A stretch of DNA of 63,203 nucleotides, the filler included, from Chiloscyllium plagiosum (lineage: Eukaryota): assembly GCF_004010195.1 (NCBI RefSeq). It is 4 parts of one record of this genome, joined end to end, with 100 filler letters (N's around TTAATTAATTAA, not from the genome) between each part and the next. Parts side by side here need not be neighbours in the genome. Positions count along the whole stretch, not along the records: positions 36,430 to 52,654 come from NC_057713.1; positions 52,755 to 63,203 come from NC_057713.1; 2 more parts are not named here. One strand, written 5' to 3'. How positions within the stretch are numbered: position 1 is the first letter of the stretch; each line of letters starts with the position of its first letter. Below are positions 49,545 to 61,330 of the stretch, piece by piece. The translations under genes and the position numbers were made by a program. Below the pieces are notes generated by a model. That model worked only from the letters and a program-made list of their open reading frames with translations, did not search any database and was not told the DNA's origin.

Positions 49545-52060
49545 GGAGCAGCGGGAGACAGAGCGGAGGTGACATTGGAGACCAAGAGGTTGCCGAGAAG
49601 TTGAGGACTTTGTATATATTTGGGTAGCGGCTAAATCTCCCTCCTGCAACCCCCTCCGCCCCCTCCTCTAACCAGAAGAAAAGAACTCTAAGGTAAGGTT
49701 GTTTTTTAATACATATTTAAGTGATTGTTTGGTATTAGCTAGTTGAGTTAAAGCTAAGGCATCCAATGGCAGGGGTCCTCAGACCCATGGCATGTGCCTT
49801 TTGCTTGATGTGGGAGCTCAGGGACGTGGCTGACTTCCCTAACCCTTACACTTGCAAGTGCTGCAGTCCAGCTGCAGCTCTTGTTTAACTACATGATGGC
49901 TCTGGAGCTGTGGATAAACTCATTGTGGAGCATCAGCGATGCTGTGAAGATCATGGATGGCATGTTTAGTGAATTGGTCACATCGCAGATTAGAATTGCT
50001 AAGGGAGACAGTGAATGGGTGACCAAAAGGCAGAGAACAAGTAGGAAGGCAGTGCAGGTGTCCCCTGTGGTCATCTCCCTCCAAAAGAGGTATATCGCTT
50101 TGGATACTGTTGGGGGAGATGGCTCACCAGGGGAGTGAGCAGTTGCCAGGATTATGGCACCATGGTGGGCTCAGCTGTTAAGAAGGGTGGGAAAAAGACT
50201 CACAGGGCCATAGTCGTAGGGGATTCTATTTTAAGAAGAGCAGAGAGGCAGTTCTGTGGCCCAAAAAAAGAAGAGACTCCAGGATGGTATGTTACCACCC
50301 AGGTGCTCAGGTCAGGGATGTCACCAATTTGCTGTAGAGCATTCTGAAAGGGGAGGGTGAACAGACATTTGTCGTGGTGCATATGGGTACCAATGATATA
50401 AGTGAAAAAATGAGATGATGCCCTGAAAGCAGAATTCCAGGAGCTAGGAGAAAAGTTAAAGAGGAGGACTTCAAAAGATAGTGATCTCAGGATTGCTACT
50501 AGTGCCACGTGCTAGCCAGGGTAGAAATGAAAGAATAGGCAGGATGAACATGTGGTTTGAGGGATGGTGTAGGAGGGAGGGGTTCAGAATCATGGGATAT
50601 TGGGACCAGTTCTGGGAAGGTGGTACTATTACAAATTGTATGGTCTACACCTGAACCAGAATGGAACTAATGTCCTTGGGGAAGGTTTTGCTACTGCCGT
50701 TGGGGAGGGTTTAAACTAATGTGGCAGGGGACTGGGAACCAGAAAAGAAGACTAGTAGACAGTGAAGTGGAAACTAGAGACTGTAAGGATCATGAAGTTA
50801 GTATTACCAAGAGTAGGCAGAAAGCAAATGAATGCAAAAGAACTGGTGGTCTGAAGTGCATATACTTTAATGCAAGGAGTATAGTGGCTAAGCCAGACGA
50901 ACTTAGATTTTTGGTGCCTGGGAGTATGATGTTATTGTGATCATAGAGACTTGGTTGAAGGAAGGGAAGTAAAATTGGGGCGGCGGAGGGGAGGATTTGC
51001 ATTGCTGGTCAGGGATGATATCATGGCTGTGCTAAAGCAGGACACAATGGAGGTTTTGAGCCGTGAGGCATTGTGGATAGAGCTGAGAAATAAGAAACGT
51101 GCAGTTACATTGTTGGGGCTGTACTACAGGCCTCCCAACAGTGAGCGTGAGGTAGAGAACAAATAGGTAAACAGATTACGGAAAGATGTGGAGGCAACAG
51201 GGTGGTGGTGATAGGACATTTTAATTTTCCCAACACTGACTGGGATATACTTAGTGTCAGAGGTCTGGATGGGGCAGAATTTGTAAGGAGCATCCAGGAA
51301 AGTTTTCTAGAGCAGTATGTCAATTGTCCAACTAGGGAAGGTGCAATGTTTGACCTGGTGTTGGAGAATGAGCCAGGCTAGGTGGTAGAAGTTGCAGTGA
51401 GAGATTTCTTTGGGAATAGTGACCACAATTCTGTAAGTTTTAGAATACTCGTAGACAAAGATGAGAGTGGTCCTAAGGGAAGAGTACTAAACAGGGCCAA
51501 GGCCAATTATATCAAAATTTGGCAGGAGCTTGAAAATGTGGATTGGGGGCAGCTGTTTGAAGGGAAGTCCACATTTGAGATGTGGGAGACTTTCAAAGAT
51601 AGGTTGAAGATAGTGCAGAATAGGTATGGCCCTTTGAAAACATGGGATAGGAAAGGCAAGATCCGTGAACCTTGGGTAACAGGAGAAATCGTATGACTAG
51701 CCAAGAGGAAAAGGGAAGCATACATAAAGATCCAGGCATCTAAGAACAGAACGGGCCTTGGAGGAATATTTGGAGAGTAGGACCAATCTTACAAGAGGAA
51801 TCAAGCAGGCAAAAAGGGGTCATGAAATAACTTTAGTGGGCAGAATTAGGCCTTTTATTTATAAATAAGAAGCAAGAGGGTAACAAGAGAAAGGGCTGGT
51901 CCACTTAAGGGTAAGGAAGTAAGGTTGTGTGTCGAACCTGAGAAAATGGGTGAGATTCTCAATGATTACTTTGAATCAGTTTTCACTGAGGAGAGGGACA
52001 TGATGAATGTTGAGATTAGTGATAGAAGTTTGTTTACTCTGAATCATATCGACATCAGGA
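49545..52060 (+). mobile_element. 5' half of a CR1 LINE: 5' UTR, ORF1 (zinc-finger/leucine zipper + SGNH esterase) and ORF2 APE endonuclease; disrupted
   Basis: ORF1 from ATG 49766: MAGVLRPMACAFC..YTCKCC; AIVVGDSILR; VVHMGTNDI; GLHLNQNG. ORF2: KCIYFNARSI; GLYYRPPN; GNSDHNSV. Confidence 0.9.
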
Positions 52061-52654
52061 AGGACTACGATGTTGTGGCCATCACGGAAACGTGGATAGA
52101 AGAGGGACAGGAATGGTTGTTGGAGGTTCCTGGTTACAGATGTTTCAGTAGGATTAGGGACGGTGGTAAAAAAGGAGGGGGGGTGGTGTTGCTAATTAGA
52201 AATGGTATAACGGCTGCAGAAAGGCAGTTCGAGGGGGATCTGCCTTTAGAGGTAGTATGGGCTGAAGTCAGAAATAGGAAAGGTGCAGTCACCTTGTTGG
52301 GTGTTTACTATAGGCCCCCCAATAGCAGCAGAGATGTGGAGAAACAGATTGGGAAACAGATTTTGGAAAGGTGCAGAAGCCACAGGGTAGTAGTCATGGG
52401 CGACTTCAACTTCCCAAATATTGATTGGAAGCTCTTTAGATCAAGTAGATTGGATGGGGCGGTGTTTGTGCAGTGTGTCCAGGAAGCTTTTCTAACGCAG
52501 TATGTAGATTGTACAACCAGAGGGGAGGGCATATTGGATTTGATACTCGGTAATGAACCGGGACAAGTGGTGGGCTTGTTAATGGGTGAACATTTTGGTG
52601 ATGGTGACCACAACTCTGTGACTTTCACCTTGGCTATGGAGAGAGATAGGTGCG
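52061..52654 (+). mobile_element. Second, younger CR1 copy: uninterrupted APE endonuclease domain
   Basis: YDVVAITETW..GGGV..GVYYRPP..MGDFNFPNIDW..LDLIL..GDHN, with no stops up to the contig end. Confidence 0.93.
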
Positions 52655-52754
52655 NNNNNNNNNNNNNNNNNNNNNNNNNNNNNNNNNNNNNNNNNNNNTT
52701 AATTAATTAANNNNNNNNNNNNNNNNNNNNNNNNNNNNNNNNNNNNNNNNNNNN
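52655..52754. other. Artificial contig-joining spacer
   Basis: N44 + TTAATTAATTAA (52699-52710) + N44. Confidence 0.97.
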
Positions 52755-52912
52755 AAGAAGCATTTGGATGGGTATATGAATAGTAAGGGTTTGGAGGGAT
52801 ATGGGCCGGGTGCTGGCAGGTGGGACTAGATTGGGTTGGGATATCTGGTCGGCATGGACGGGTTGGACTGAAGAGTCTGTTTCCATGCTGTACATCTCTA
52901 TGACTCTATGAC
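52755..52912 (+). mobile_element. CR1/HER1 LINE 3' end
   Basis: Tail ctctatgactctatgact. Confidence 0.88.
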
Positions 52913-53244
52913 TTTATAAGGTCCCCCCTTCATTCTCGTACTATCTCAAGAAAAAAGCCCGAGCTTGTCCAACCTCTCCCTGTTGAATCCTGGCAACATC
53001 CTTGGAAATTTGTTCTGCACTATTCCCAGTTTTATAACATCCTTCCTATAGCAAGATGACCAAAACTGAACACAATTAGCAATTCCTAAGGCAGGTCACA
53101 TTTGATTAGCTGGCGCCTATTTAACAATGTCAATTGGATAGAATTGAGGACACAATTTTAAAGTGATTGACAACATTACTAAAGGCAACTGGAGCAAAAT
53201 ATCTGTGGGAAGAGAACTGACTTAGTCTTTCATGCCCAATAACT

Positions 53245-53561
53245 GGGCGGCACAGTGGCACAGTGGTTAGCACTGCTGCCTCACAGCGCCAGAGGCCAGG
53301 GTTCAATTCCCGCCTCAGGCGACTGACTGTGTGGAGTTTGCAGGTTCTCCCCGTGTCTGCGTGCGTTTCCTCCGGGTGCTCCGGTTTCCTCCCACAGTCC
53401 AAAGATGTGCAGGTCAGGTGAATTGGCCAAGCTAAATTGCCCGTAGTGTTAGGTAAGGGGTAAATGTAGGGGTATGGGTGGGTTGCGCTTCGGCGGGGCG
53501 GTGTGGACTTGTTGGGCCGAAAGGGCCTGTTTCCACACTGTAAATAATCTAATCTAATCTA
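53245..53561 (+). mobile_element. HE1-type V-SINE, full length and young
   Basis: A-box TGGCACAGTGG, B-box GGTTCAATTCC, V-domain with CpGs retained, (AATCT)3 tail. Confidence 0.95.
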
Positions 53562-53879
53562 AACTCAGATTCCAAAGAGTCAGATTGCGCTCAAAATAAT
53601 CACTTTTGTCCTGCTTTTCGTTGATTGGTCAGATAAATGGAGAAGGCCACTAAAAATAGTCACTCACGCTTCTGGCATGTGTTCAGGTTTAGCATGGGTA
53701 GAATTGGAAGCTCAGGTGACCCAGGAAGAGGTTAAGAAGATGCCAGTTTCCAAGGTAGGCTAAGCAAATAGATTTCCTCTGGGCTCAGTGGTTTTCAAGA
53801 GAAAACATCCCTCCTCCTTATTCCCAGCCCCTCACTTTGATCACTCCTCCCCCCCATTCATTCCAAGTTACAAACCTGT

Positions 53880-54850
53880 ACCCCACAGCATTTACACAAC
53901 AATGTGGGGAACTGCCCACCTATATCTTCTATACAAAAAAGTAAGGTCAGATCCAATCCAACCAATTACCACCCTGTCAGTCTGCTCTCGATCATCGGTA
54001 AAGTTATGGAAGGTGTCACCAACAGTGCTATTAAACAGCCCCTGCTCAACAATAACCTGCTCAGTGACACCCTGTTTGGGTTCCGCCAGGGCCACTCATT
54101 ATGGCCTTGGTTCAAACATGGACAAAAGAGCTGAATTCTCGAGATGAGGTGAGCGTGACACCAAGGCTGCATTTGACTGAGTGTGACATCAAGGAAGCTG
54201 AGGAAATCTGGAATCAGGGGACAAAATCTTTACTGTTTGGAGTCATACCTGACACATAGGATAATGGCTTTAGTTGTTGGAGGTCAGTCATCTCAGCTCC
54301 AGGACATCTCTGCAAGAATTCCTCAGTCTGGTGTCCTAGGCCCAACCGTCTTTAGTTGCTTCATCGATGAACTACATTTTATTATAAGATGAGAAGTGGA
54401 GTTTTTCGCTGATGATTAATCAATATTCAGCACCATTTGTGACTCCTCAGATACTGAAGAATTCCATGCTGATGTGAAGAAAGACTGGACAATATCCAGG
54501 TTTGTGCTGACAAATGGCTCGTAGCATCCATCCCACCCAAGTGCCAGTCAATGGCCGTATCCAACAAGAGACAATCTAAGCATCACTCATAACATTCAGT
54601 GGTGTGACCATCACTGAATTTCCTGCTATCAACATTCTTAGGGTTGCCATAGACCAGAAACTTAACTGAATTTACCAGATAAATAAAATGAGCAGGTCAG
54701 AGGCTAGGAATTCTGCAATGAATAATTCTCACCCCCTTGCTCTGCAAAGATGGTCCACCATCTACAAGGCACAAATCAGGAATGGAATGGAATGCTCCCT
54801 ACTTGCCTGGATGACTGCAGCTCCAATGCCGTGCACAAAGCTGCCAGCCT
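53880..54850 (+). mobile_element. RT region of the second (CR1/L2-group) LINE family, degenerate
   Basis: NPTNYHPVSLLSIIGKVME; FGFRQGHS; IPQSGVLGP; FADD (ttcgctgatgat at ~54405). Confidence 0.82.
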
Positions 54851-55964
54851 GCCGAGAAGCTGCACTTTACGTGAACAGGAATCATTTGAAATATTAAACA
54901 AAGGAAATGCAAAGTAAGGAGAAAACATAAGAGTTCTAAATGGGGAATGCATCAGCCTCGCGTACTGTGATTTAATTGTTGAAATAGCCATTGAGCAGTA
55001 CGGAACTTAAGTATTGTTGGAAAGATATATTTTGTTGAAGCATTTCATCTTGCATCAGGATATTTTGCAAGAATATCAATTCCAGGGGAAAACCAATATG
55101 CTTGCCCTGAACAATCAGAGCCATCCTGATTCAATATTTGTTTAATATTTAAACAAAGCCTAGCTGTTAACTGTCAATCTGGATTAGGGGGAACATTTGC
55201 TATGTCAACATCTCCACTAATCATAGTCCGCTTTCCCTCTAATTAACAATGTCCTCTCATGCAATATACATTTTGGTTTGCCCCCTGAATTGATACTCCT
55301 GCATAATAACCTGAATTAATTATTCAATATTCTTCAGCAGCGTTGCAAGTATTTCTTTTCAATTCCTTTATGGGATGTTAGTGGTGCATTTATAACCCAT
55401 CCCAATGAAACAAAGTGTTTTGCTGGATTGTGTCAGAGGATAGTTAGCAGACATTGCTGTGAGTTTAAGAGTCATATTAAGGCTAGACGAGGTGAGAAGT
55501 GAAGTTTTATTTCCTTAAAGAACATGGGAGGAGCAGATGGGTTTTTGCAACAATTCAATCATTTCATTGTCATCATCACAGATGCCGCTGCCTTTTTTTT
55601 CTCAAACTCTAGATTAGTTTAGTTGCCTGAATTTAAATTCCTCGGCTACCATAATGGGATTTTAAATCCTACTTCAGGATCAGTCATAACATAACCATTA
55701 CGTCACTGCACCCTATGCGGACTATGCTCCCTCTGCACTTTCTGGAAGTGTTTTACATTGTGGTTGGATCAGGACAGATTTATAAAAACCAGTTGAATAG
55801 ATATCGCCCTCATAGTGTCCAGCAATCTGATATCTTCTCCAGGAGCTGAATGAAAATGTGTAAAATTGACGAGTATTTTTTCTATCTATGTTTGCCATCT
55901 AACTTACAGCAGTTAAGACAAGATACTGATAGGGACATCAGAACAGGAGTAGGCCCCTCAAGCC

Positions 55965-56165
55965 TGGTAAAAATGAGGACTGCAGATGCTGGAAACCCAA
56001 GTCTGGATTAGAGTGGTGCTGGAAAAGCGCAGCAGGTCAGGCAGCATCCTAGGAGCAGGAAAATCGACATTTCGGGCAAAAGCCAGATGACCCATTGAAC
56101 CAGATCCCCACTGCTTCTTGGATGCTGCCTGATCTGCTGTGCTTTTCCAGCACCACTCTAATTCA
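55965..56165. mobile_element. PLE pLTR-derived hairpin element
   Basis: Inverted arms; 12-bp TSD gcccctcaagcc at 55953-55964 and 56166-56177. Confidence 0.87.
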
Positions 56166-56324
56166 GCCCCTCAAGCCATTTCCACCATTCAGTGTTATGG
56201 CAATTTCATTTAACTCATCAGCCACAGGGCCAGGCAATGATTATGGGGCCACTGATTGGAATCCACCCGTGTACCTGATGGAATAATTGGGAATTGAAAC
56301 TCTAGTCTCTGTCAAACAAGACAG

Positions 56325-56442
56325 GTGAAAGTGGGTACTGCAGATGCTGGAGATTAGAGTTGAGATTAGAGTGGTGCTGGAAAAGCACAGCAGGCCAGGC
56401 AGCATCCGAGGAGCAGGAAAATTGACATTTCATGCAAAAGCC
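56325..56442 (-). mobile_element. Single-arm PLE pLTR insertion truncated in hammerhead stem II
   Basis: tgaaagtgggtactgcagatgctggaga...gacatttcatgcaaaagcc; possible short TSD caggtga. Confidence 0.8.
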
Positions 56443-56729
56443 AGGTGACCCATTGAACCAGATCCCTCATTCAATTTGATCACTACTGATTATGAGCATC
56501 ATGTCCCCACCCCTTACCCACAAGATGCACTGCAGAAATTCATCAAAGCTCCTCTGACAGCACCTTCCAAGTTTACAACCACTTCCATCTAGAAGGACAA
56601 GGGCAGCAGATACAAGGGAACACCACCACCTGCATGTTCCCCTTTAAGCCACTCACTATTCTGACTTGAATATATATCACTGTTCCTTCAGTCAAAATCC
56701 TGAAACTCCTTCCTTTATGGCATTGTGGG

Positions 56730-57130
56730 TCATAGTTATAGAGTCATAGAGCTGTACAGCATGGAAACAGACCCTTCAGTCCAACTTATCCATGCCGACT
56801 AGATACCCTAAATTAACCTAGTCCCATTTGCCAGCATTTGGCCCATATTCCTCTAAACCTTTCTTATGCAAATACCCATCCAGATGCCTTTTAAATGTTG
56901 CAATTGTACCAACCTCCACCACTTCCTCTGGCAGCTCATTCCAAACACGTACCACCCTCTGTGTGAAGAAGTTGCTCCTTTAGTCCCGTTTATTTCTTTC
57001 TCTTCTCACCCTAAACCTATGCCCTCTAGTTCTGGACTCCCCGACCCCAGGGAAAAGACCTTGTCTATTTACCCTATCCATGATTTTATGAACCACTATA
57101 AGGTTCAGCCTCCAATGTTCCAGGGAAAAC
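56730..57130 (-). mobile_element. CR1 3' end inserted into a second-family LINE 3' end (56520-57190)
   Basis: Antisense CR1 tail; the host repeat resumes at cagcggttcaaaagggcagctc. Confidence 0.85.
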
Positions 57131-57662
57131 AGCGGTTCAAAAGGGCAGCTCATCACTACCTTCTCAAGAGGCATCTCGGGACGAGCAGTAAGTAAAAAAC
57201 TCCCCATATCGTTCGATTCCCTGGAAGACTAACATTCTGTCTAGCCCAGTCATGAATGTACACATGTGTAAAGGTGACCATTGCTGTAAAAGCAGACTTC
57301 ACCACTGAGGGAAAGAAACTTACTATTCTTACATGGATTGTCAATTCATGTGGCTCCACACCCCACAGCAATGAGGTTCACCCTTAATCACTATTAAGGG
57401 CAATTAGGGATAAGCAAGCAATGCTGACCTTGCCCAAATCCTGTCATTGAACAGACATTAAATACATTCCACCATGCAATAAGATATACGGATAAAAGTC
57501 ACCCCCTTTTATTTCCCTTCCAGGAATGTGAAGTGCTGGTGCTGATTTTGAGCCATTCTGTGAGAATTTACCCCTTGGGTACCCAACGAGCTCAGTCCTT
57601 TATTATTCAAGAAATCTGCGGCGCTAATTCTTTTTGCCAGCCGGACTTGCTGAGTGCCAGGA

Positions 57663-57863
57663 ATGCTAACCTGGTGTGGACGGTGGACTATCCTAATAGG
57701 CTGTGCAATAACAGAATATTGTCTGATAGACCGAGCTCATTCTGGAGCTGAACCAGCAGCAAATCAGCTTCCCTCTCTGCATCGCGTCAAGAGGAAATGG
57801 GTGTGGAATCAGTTCTTTGTATTGGAAGAGCATCTAGAAACAGAGCCACTCTACATTGGCAAG
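57663..57863 (+). CDS. Type II classical cadherin, first coding exon (signal peptide, short prodomain, furin site, start of EC1); most similar to CDH22/CDH12/CDH18-type sequences, orthologue not resolved
   Basis: [67 protein letters not shown]. It has the RxKR cleavage site and the W2/W4 [11 protein letters not shown] signature. Phase-0 donor AAG|gtaggt lies at the conserved GK|LHSD intron position. Acceptors at 57523 and 57640. Confidence 0.95.
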
Positions 57864-58124
57864 GTAGGTCTATTTGAGATGAATGCACCTCTTCTCAACC
57901 TCTACAGTCATCCGAAGTGTGGTGACTCTCAGGTTAAACACATCAGCAATTGCCTCTCTCTCTCTGAGAGAGCAGCCCCATGGTCCTTGAGGACTATGGC
58001 AACTTCACCCTAAACTACTTGAAATATCGAGTGCAAAGAAATGCGTACATTTACATAGTGCCTTTTACAAGCACTGATGACCCCAAAGCCATTGAAGTGC
58101 CTTTTTAAGTGTTGTCTATGTCTT

Positions 58125-58410
58125 AGAGTCATAGAGTCATTGAAGCATAGAGATGTACAGCAAGGAAACAGACCCTTCGGTCCAATCCGTCCATGCCGAC
58201 CAGATATCCCAACCCAATCTAGTCACACCAGCCAGCACCCGGCCCATATCCCTCCAAACCCTTCCTATTCATATACCCATCCAGATTCTTTTAGAATGTT
58301 GTAATTGTACCAGCGTCCACCATTTCCTCTGGCAGCTCATTCCATACACGCACCATCCTCTGTGTGAAAACATTGTCCCTTAGGTCTTTTTTTATATCTT
58401 TCCCCTCTCA
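58125..58410 (-). mobile_element. CR1 3' end
   Basis: Antisense tail agagtcatagag..gatgtacagc..cagacccttcggtcc. Confidence 0.87.
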
Positions 58411-58529
58411 TGTGTTGTGGATAAATGAAAACCAATAGACTTTATTGAACTTTGATTTCTGGAAGCCACTTGGCAAAATGCACTTCAAAAGTTAATTTTT
58501 TAAAAAAATGCTCAAGGCATCCACACCCT

Positions 58530-58778
58530 TCTGTGACTGACTGCATGGAGTTTGCACATTGTCCCCGTGTCTGCGTGGGTTTCCTCCGGGTGCTCCGGTT
58601 TCCTCCCACAGTCCAAAAGGGTGCAGGTCAGGTGAATTGGCCATGCTAAATTGCCCCTAGTGTTGGATGAAGGGGTAAATGTAGGGGACTGGGTCTGGGT
58701 GGGTTGCACTTTGGCGGGTCGGTGTGGACTTGTTGGGCCGAAGGGCCTGTTTCCACACTGTAAGTAATCTAATCTAAT
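58530..58778 (+). mobile_element. HE1-type V-SINE, 5'-truncated
   Basis: V-domain and (AATCT)n tail; no tRNA head. Confidence 0.88.
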
Positions 58779-58969
58779 GTAATCAGGGGTTAACATATTA
58801 GCCTGGATCGAGGAATGGCAGAGAGTATGTGTAAACGGGTCACTGTCTGATTGGTAAGATGTGATGATTAGGGTTTCACAGGGATCTGTTCTGGGGACTC
58901 AGCTTTTTACAATATCTATTAATGACATAGTTGAGGGGAGCAATGGTATGGTAGTTAAAACACCAAGAT

Positions 58970-59660
58970 AAAACCATAAAATATAGGAGCAGAAATTAGA
59001 CCATTCAGCCCATCGAGTCTGCTCTGCCATTCAATCATGGCGGATATGTTTCTTAACCCCATTCTCCTGCTTTCTCCCTGAAACCCTTGATCCCCTTGAC
59101 AATCAAGAACCTACCTGTCTCACTCTTAGATGTATTCAATGACCTGGCCTCCACACCCTTCTGTGACAGTGAATTCCCCAGATTCCCCACTCTCTGGCTG
59201 AAGAAGTTTCTCCTTATCTCCGTTCCAAAAGGTCTTCCTTTTACTGTAAGGCTGTGCCCTCGGGTCCTAGTCTCTCCTACCAATTGAAACATCTTCCCAA
59301 CATCTACTCTGTCCAAGCCATTCAGTATTCTGTCAGTTTCAATTAGTTTCCCCTTTATCTATCTAAATTCCATGGAGCGTAAACCCAGAATCCTCAAATG
59401 TTCCTCATATGTTAAGTTTTTTGTTCCTGGGACCATTCTCGTGAACCTCCTGTAAACACACTTCAGGGCCAGGACACCCTTCCTGAGATATGGGGCCCAA
59501 AACTTTGTACAATACTCCAAATGTGGTCTGACCAGAGCCTGAGAGAACCTCAGAAGTATATCCCTGCTTTTATAATTCAAATCCTCTCAAAATAACTGCC
59601 ATCATTGCATTTGCCTTCCTAACCACTGACTCAGCGTGCAAGTTTACCTTGAGAGAATCC
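58970..59660 (-). mobile_element. CR1 3' region inserted in an older + strand CR1 (~58415-60560)
   Basis: ALVRPHLEYCTKFWAPYL; RRNFFSQRVGNLGNSL. Confidence 0.88.
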
Positions 59661-59919
59661 AAGAGAGGTAAGAGTACATGTTGTGAAAGACAGAATGAGA
59701 TGGCAGGCAGATACAGGTGGGTTGGAAGTGTGCGTACAAATCTAACAGATTGAATATAATGTTGGAAAATGTGAAAGTGTTCGCTTTTCTCAGGAAAAAT
59801 GAAAAAGCAGCATATTACTTAAATGGAAAATGACAAGAATTCCAAGATGCAGAGGTACTTTGGTGTTCTGGTCTATAAGTCACAAAACGTTAGTGTGCAG
59901 GCACAATGAGAAATCAGGA

Positions 59920-60135
59920 GGGGAGAAAGGGAGCACTGCAGATGCTGGAGATCAGAGTCAAAGAGTGTGGTGCTGGAAAAGCATAGCCAGTCAAGCAGCA
60001 TCTGAGGATCAGGAGAGTCGACGTTTGGAGCAAAAGCTCTTGACCATTCCTGGTGAAGTGATTATGCTCGAAATGTCGATTCTCCTGCTCCTTGGATGCT
60101 GACTGGCTGTACTTTTCCAGTACCACACCCTTCAA
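59920..60135. mobile_element. Older PLE pLTR-derived hairpin with decayed hammerhead motifs
   Basis: Inverted arms meet at about 60045 (attcctggtgaagtgattatgctcgaaatgtc). Confidence 0.8.
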
Positions 60136-60564
60136 CTCAAGTAATCAAGAAGGCCAATGGAGTACTGTCCTTAACTAAGAGAAGAATTGAACATCAGAGT
60201 ACGGATGTTCAATGGAGAGACCATGTCTCAAATATTGCGTGCAGTTTTGGACTCTGAATGATGGAAGGATGTAAATGCATATTGAATGTGGTGCAGAGGA
60301 AGCTTACAGGATTGATACCAAGAATGAAGATAGCTGAGACCGACTGGGCTTGCTTCCACTGGAGTTGAGAAGAGTGACCTGATTATAGAATATAAGATTC
60401 TGAATAGTCTTGGCAGGAGAGATATATAAAGGTATTTCTATTTCTGTGGGTGAGTTTTATAGTCAGGATCATGCTTTTCAGAATGTGACGAGGAGAAGTT
60501 TTCTCTCTCAGAGAGTCATGTGACTTTGAAACTCTCTGACTCAGAAGGTGGTGGAGCTGGGGTC

Positions 60565-61330
60565 ATAGACTCAGAGAGATTGACAGCATGGAAAAAGGCC
60601 CTTTGGCCTACAGGGCCCATGCTGGTCAAAAACAAGTCCTAACTATCCCAATCCCATTTTCCAGCATTTGGCCTGGAGTGAAAAAAAGACCTTACCTCAT
60701 ATATCCTGTAAATCTCCTACCCCTTACCTTAGATCTATGTCCCCAGGTCATTGATTGCTCCATTAAAGGGAAAGTTTCTTCCTGGCCACCCTATCTATGC
60801 CTGTCATAATTTTACACATCTCAGTCATGTCTCCTCTCAATCTCCTCTGCTCTAAGGAAAATAACCCCAGTTTGTCCAATCTCTCTTCATAACGAATGCT
60901 CTCCAGTCCAGGCAACATCCTGGTAAGTCTCCTCTACACTCTGTCTAGTGCTATCACATCCCTCCGATACTGTGGATTCCAGAGATGCACACAATACTCT
61001 ACCTGTGACCTACACAGGTTTTATGCAGGTTCAGCTAACCTCCCTGTTCTTAAACTCCATGCCTTGACGACAAAGGCAAGTATCCGATATGTCTTCTTCA
61101 CCATATTATCCACCAGTCCTGACGTCTTAAGTGTGTATGCACACCAATGCCCCTCTGATCCTAGGAGTTTCCCAGGATCCTGCTATTCATCATGGATTCC
61201 TGTGCTTCATTTGGCCTGGCCAAGTGTATCACCTCACATTATCCAGGTTAAATTCCATTTACCACAGATCCGTCCACCTGACCAGCCCAGTCATATCCTC
61301 CTGTGATTGAGGTTCTTCCTCTGACTATTT
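60565..61330 (-). mobile_element. Old CR1 3' region
   Basis: Antisense ccaggcaacatcctggtaa; aattccattt.cca (W.M.FN remnant). Confidence 0.7.

Noticed and set aside
48873..49649. 258-aa Pro-rich ORF
   Set aside because: Largely an off-frame reading of the frameshifted PLE and its C-rich UTR; the GIY-YIG motif is in another frame.
53245..53320. tRNA genes at SINE heads (also 22741, 22397, 15480)
   Set aside because: The A/B boxes continue into the V-domain and LINE-derived tail, so these are SINEs, not tRNAs.
57864..58013. C-terminal part of the 119-aa cadherin ORF
   Set aside because: Intronic read-through past the conserved donor; similarity to cadherins ends at YIGK.
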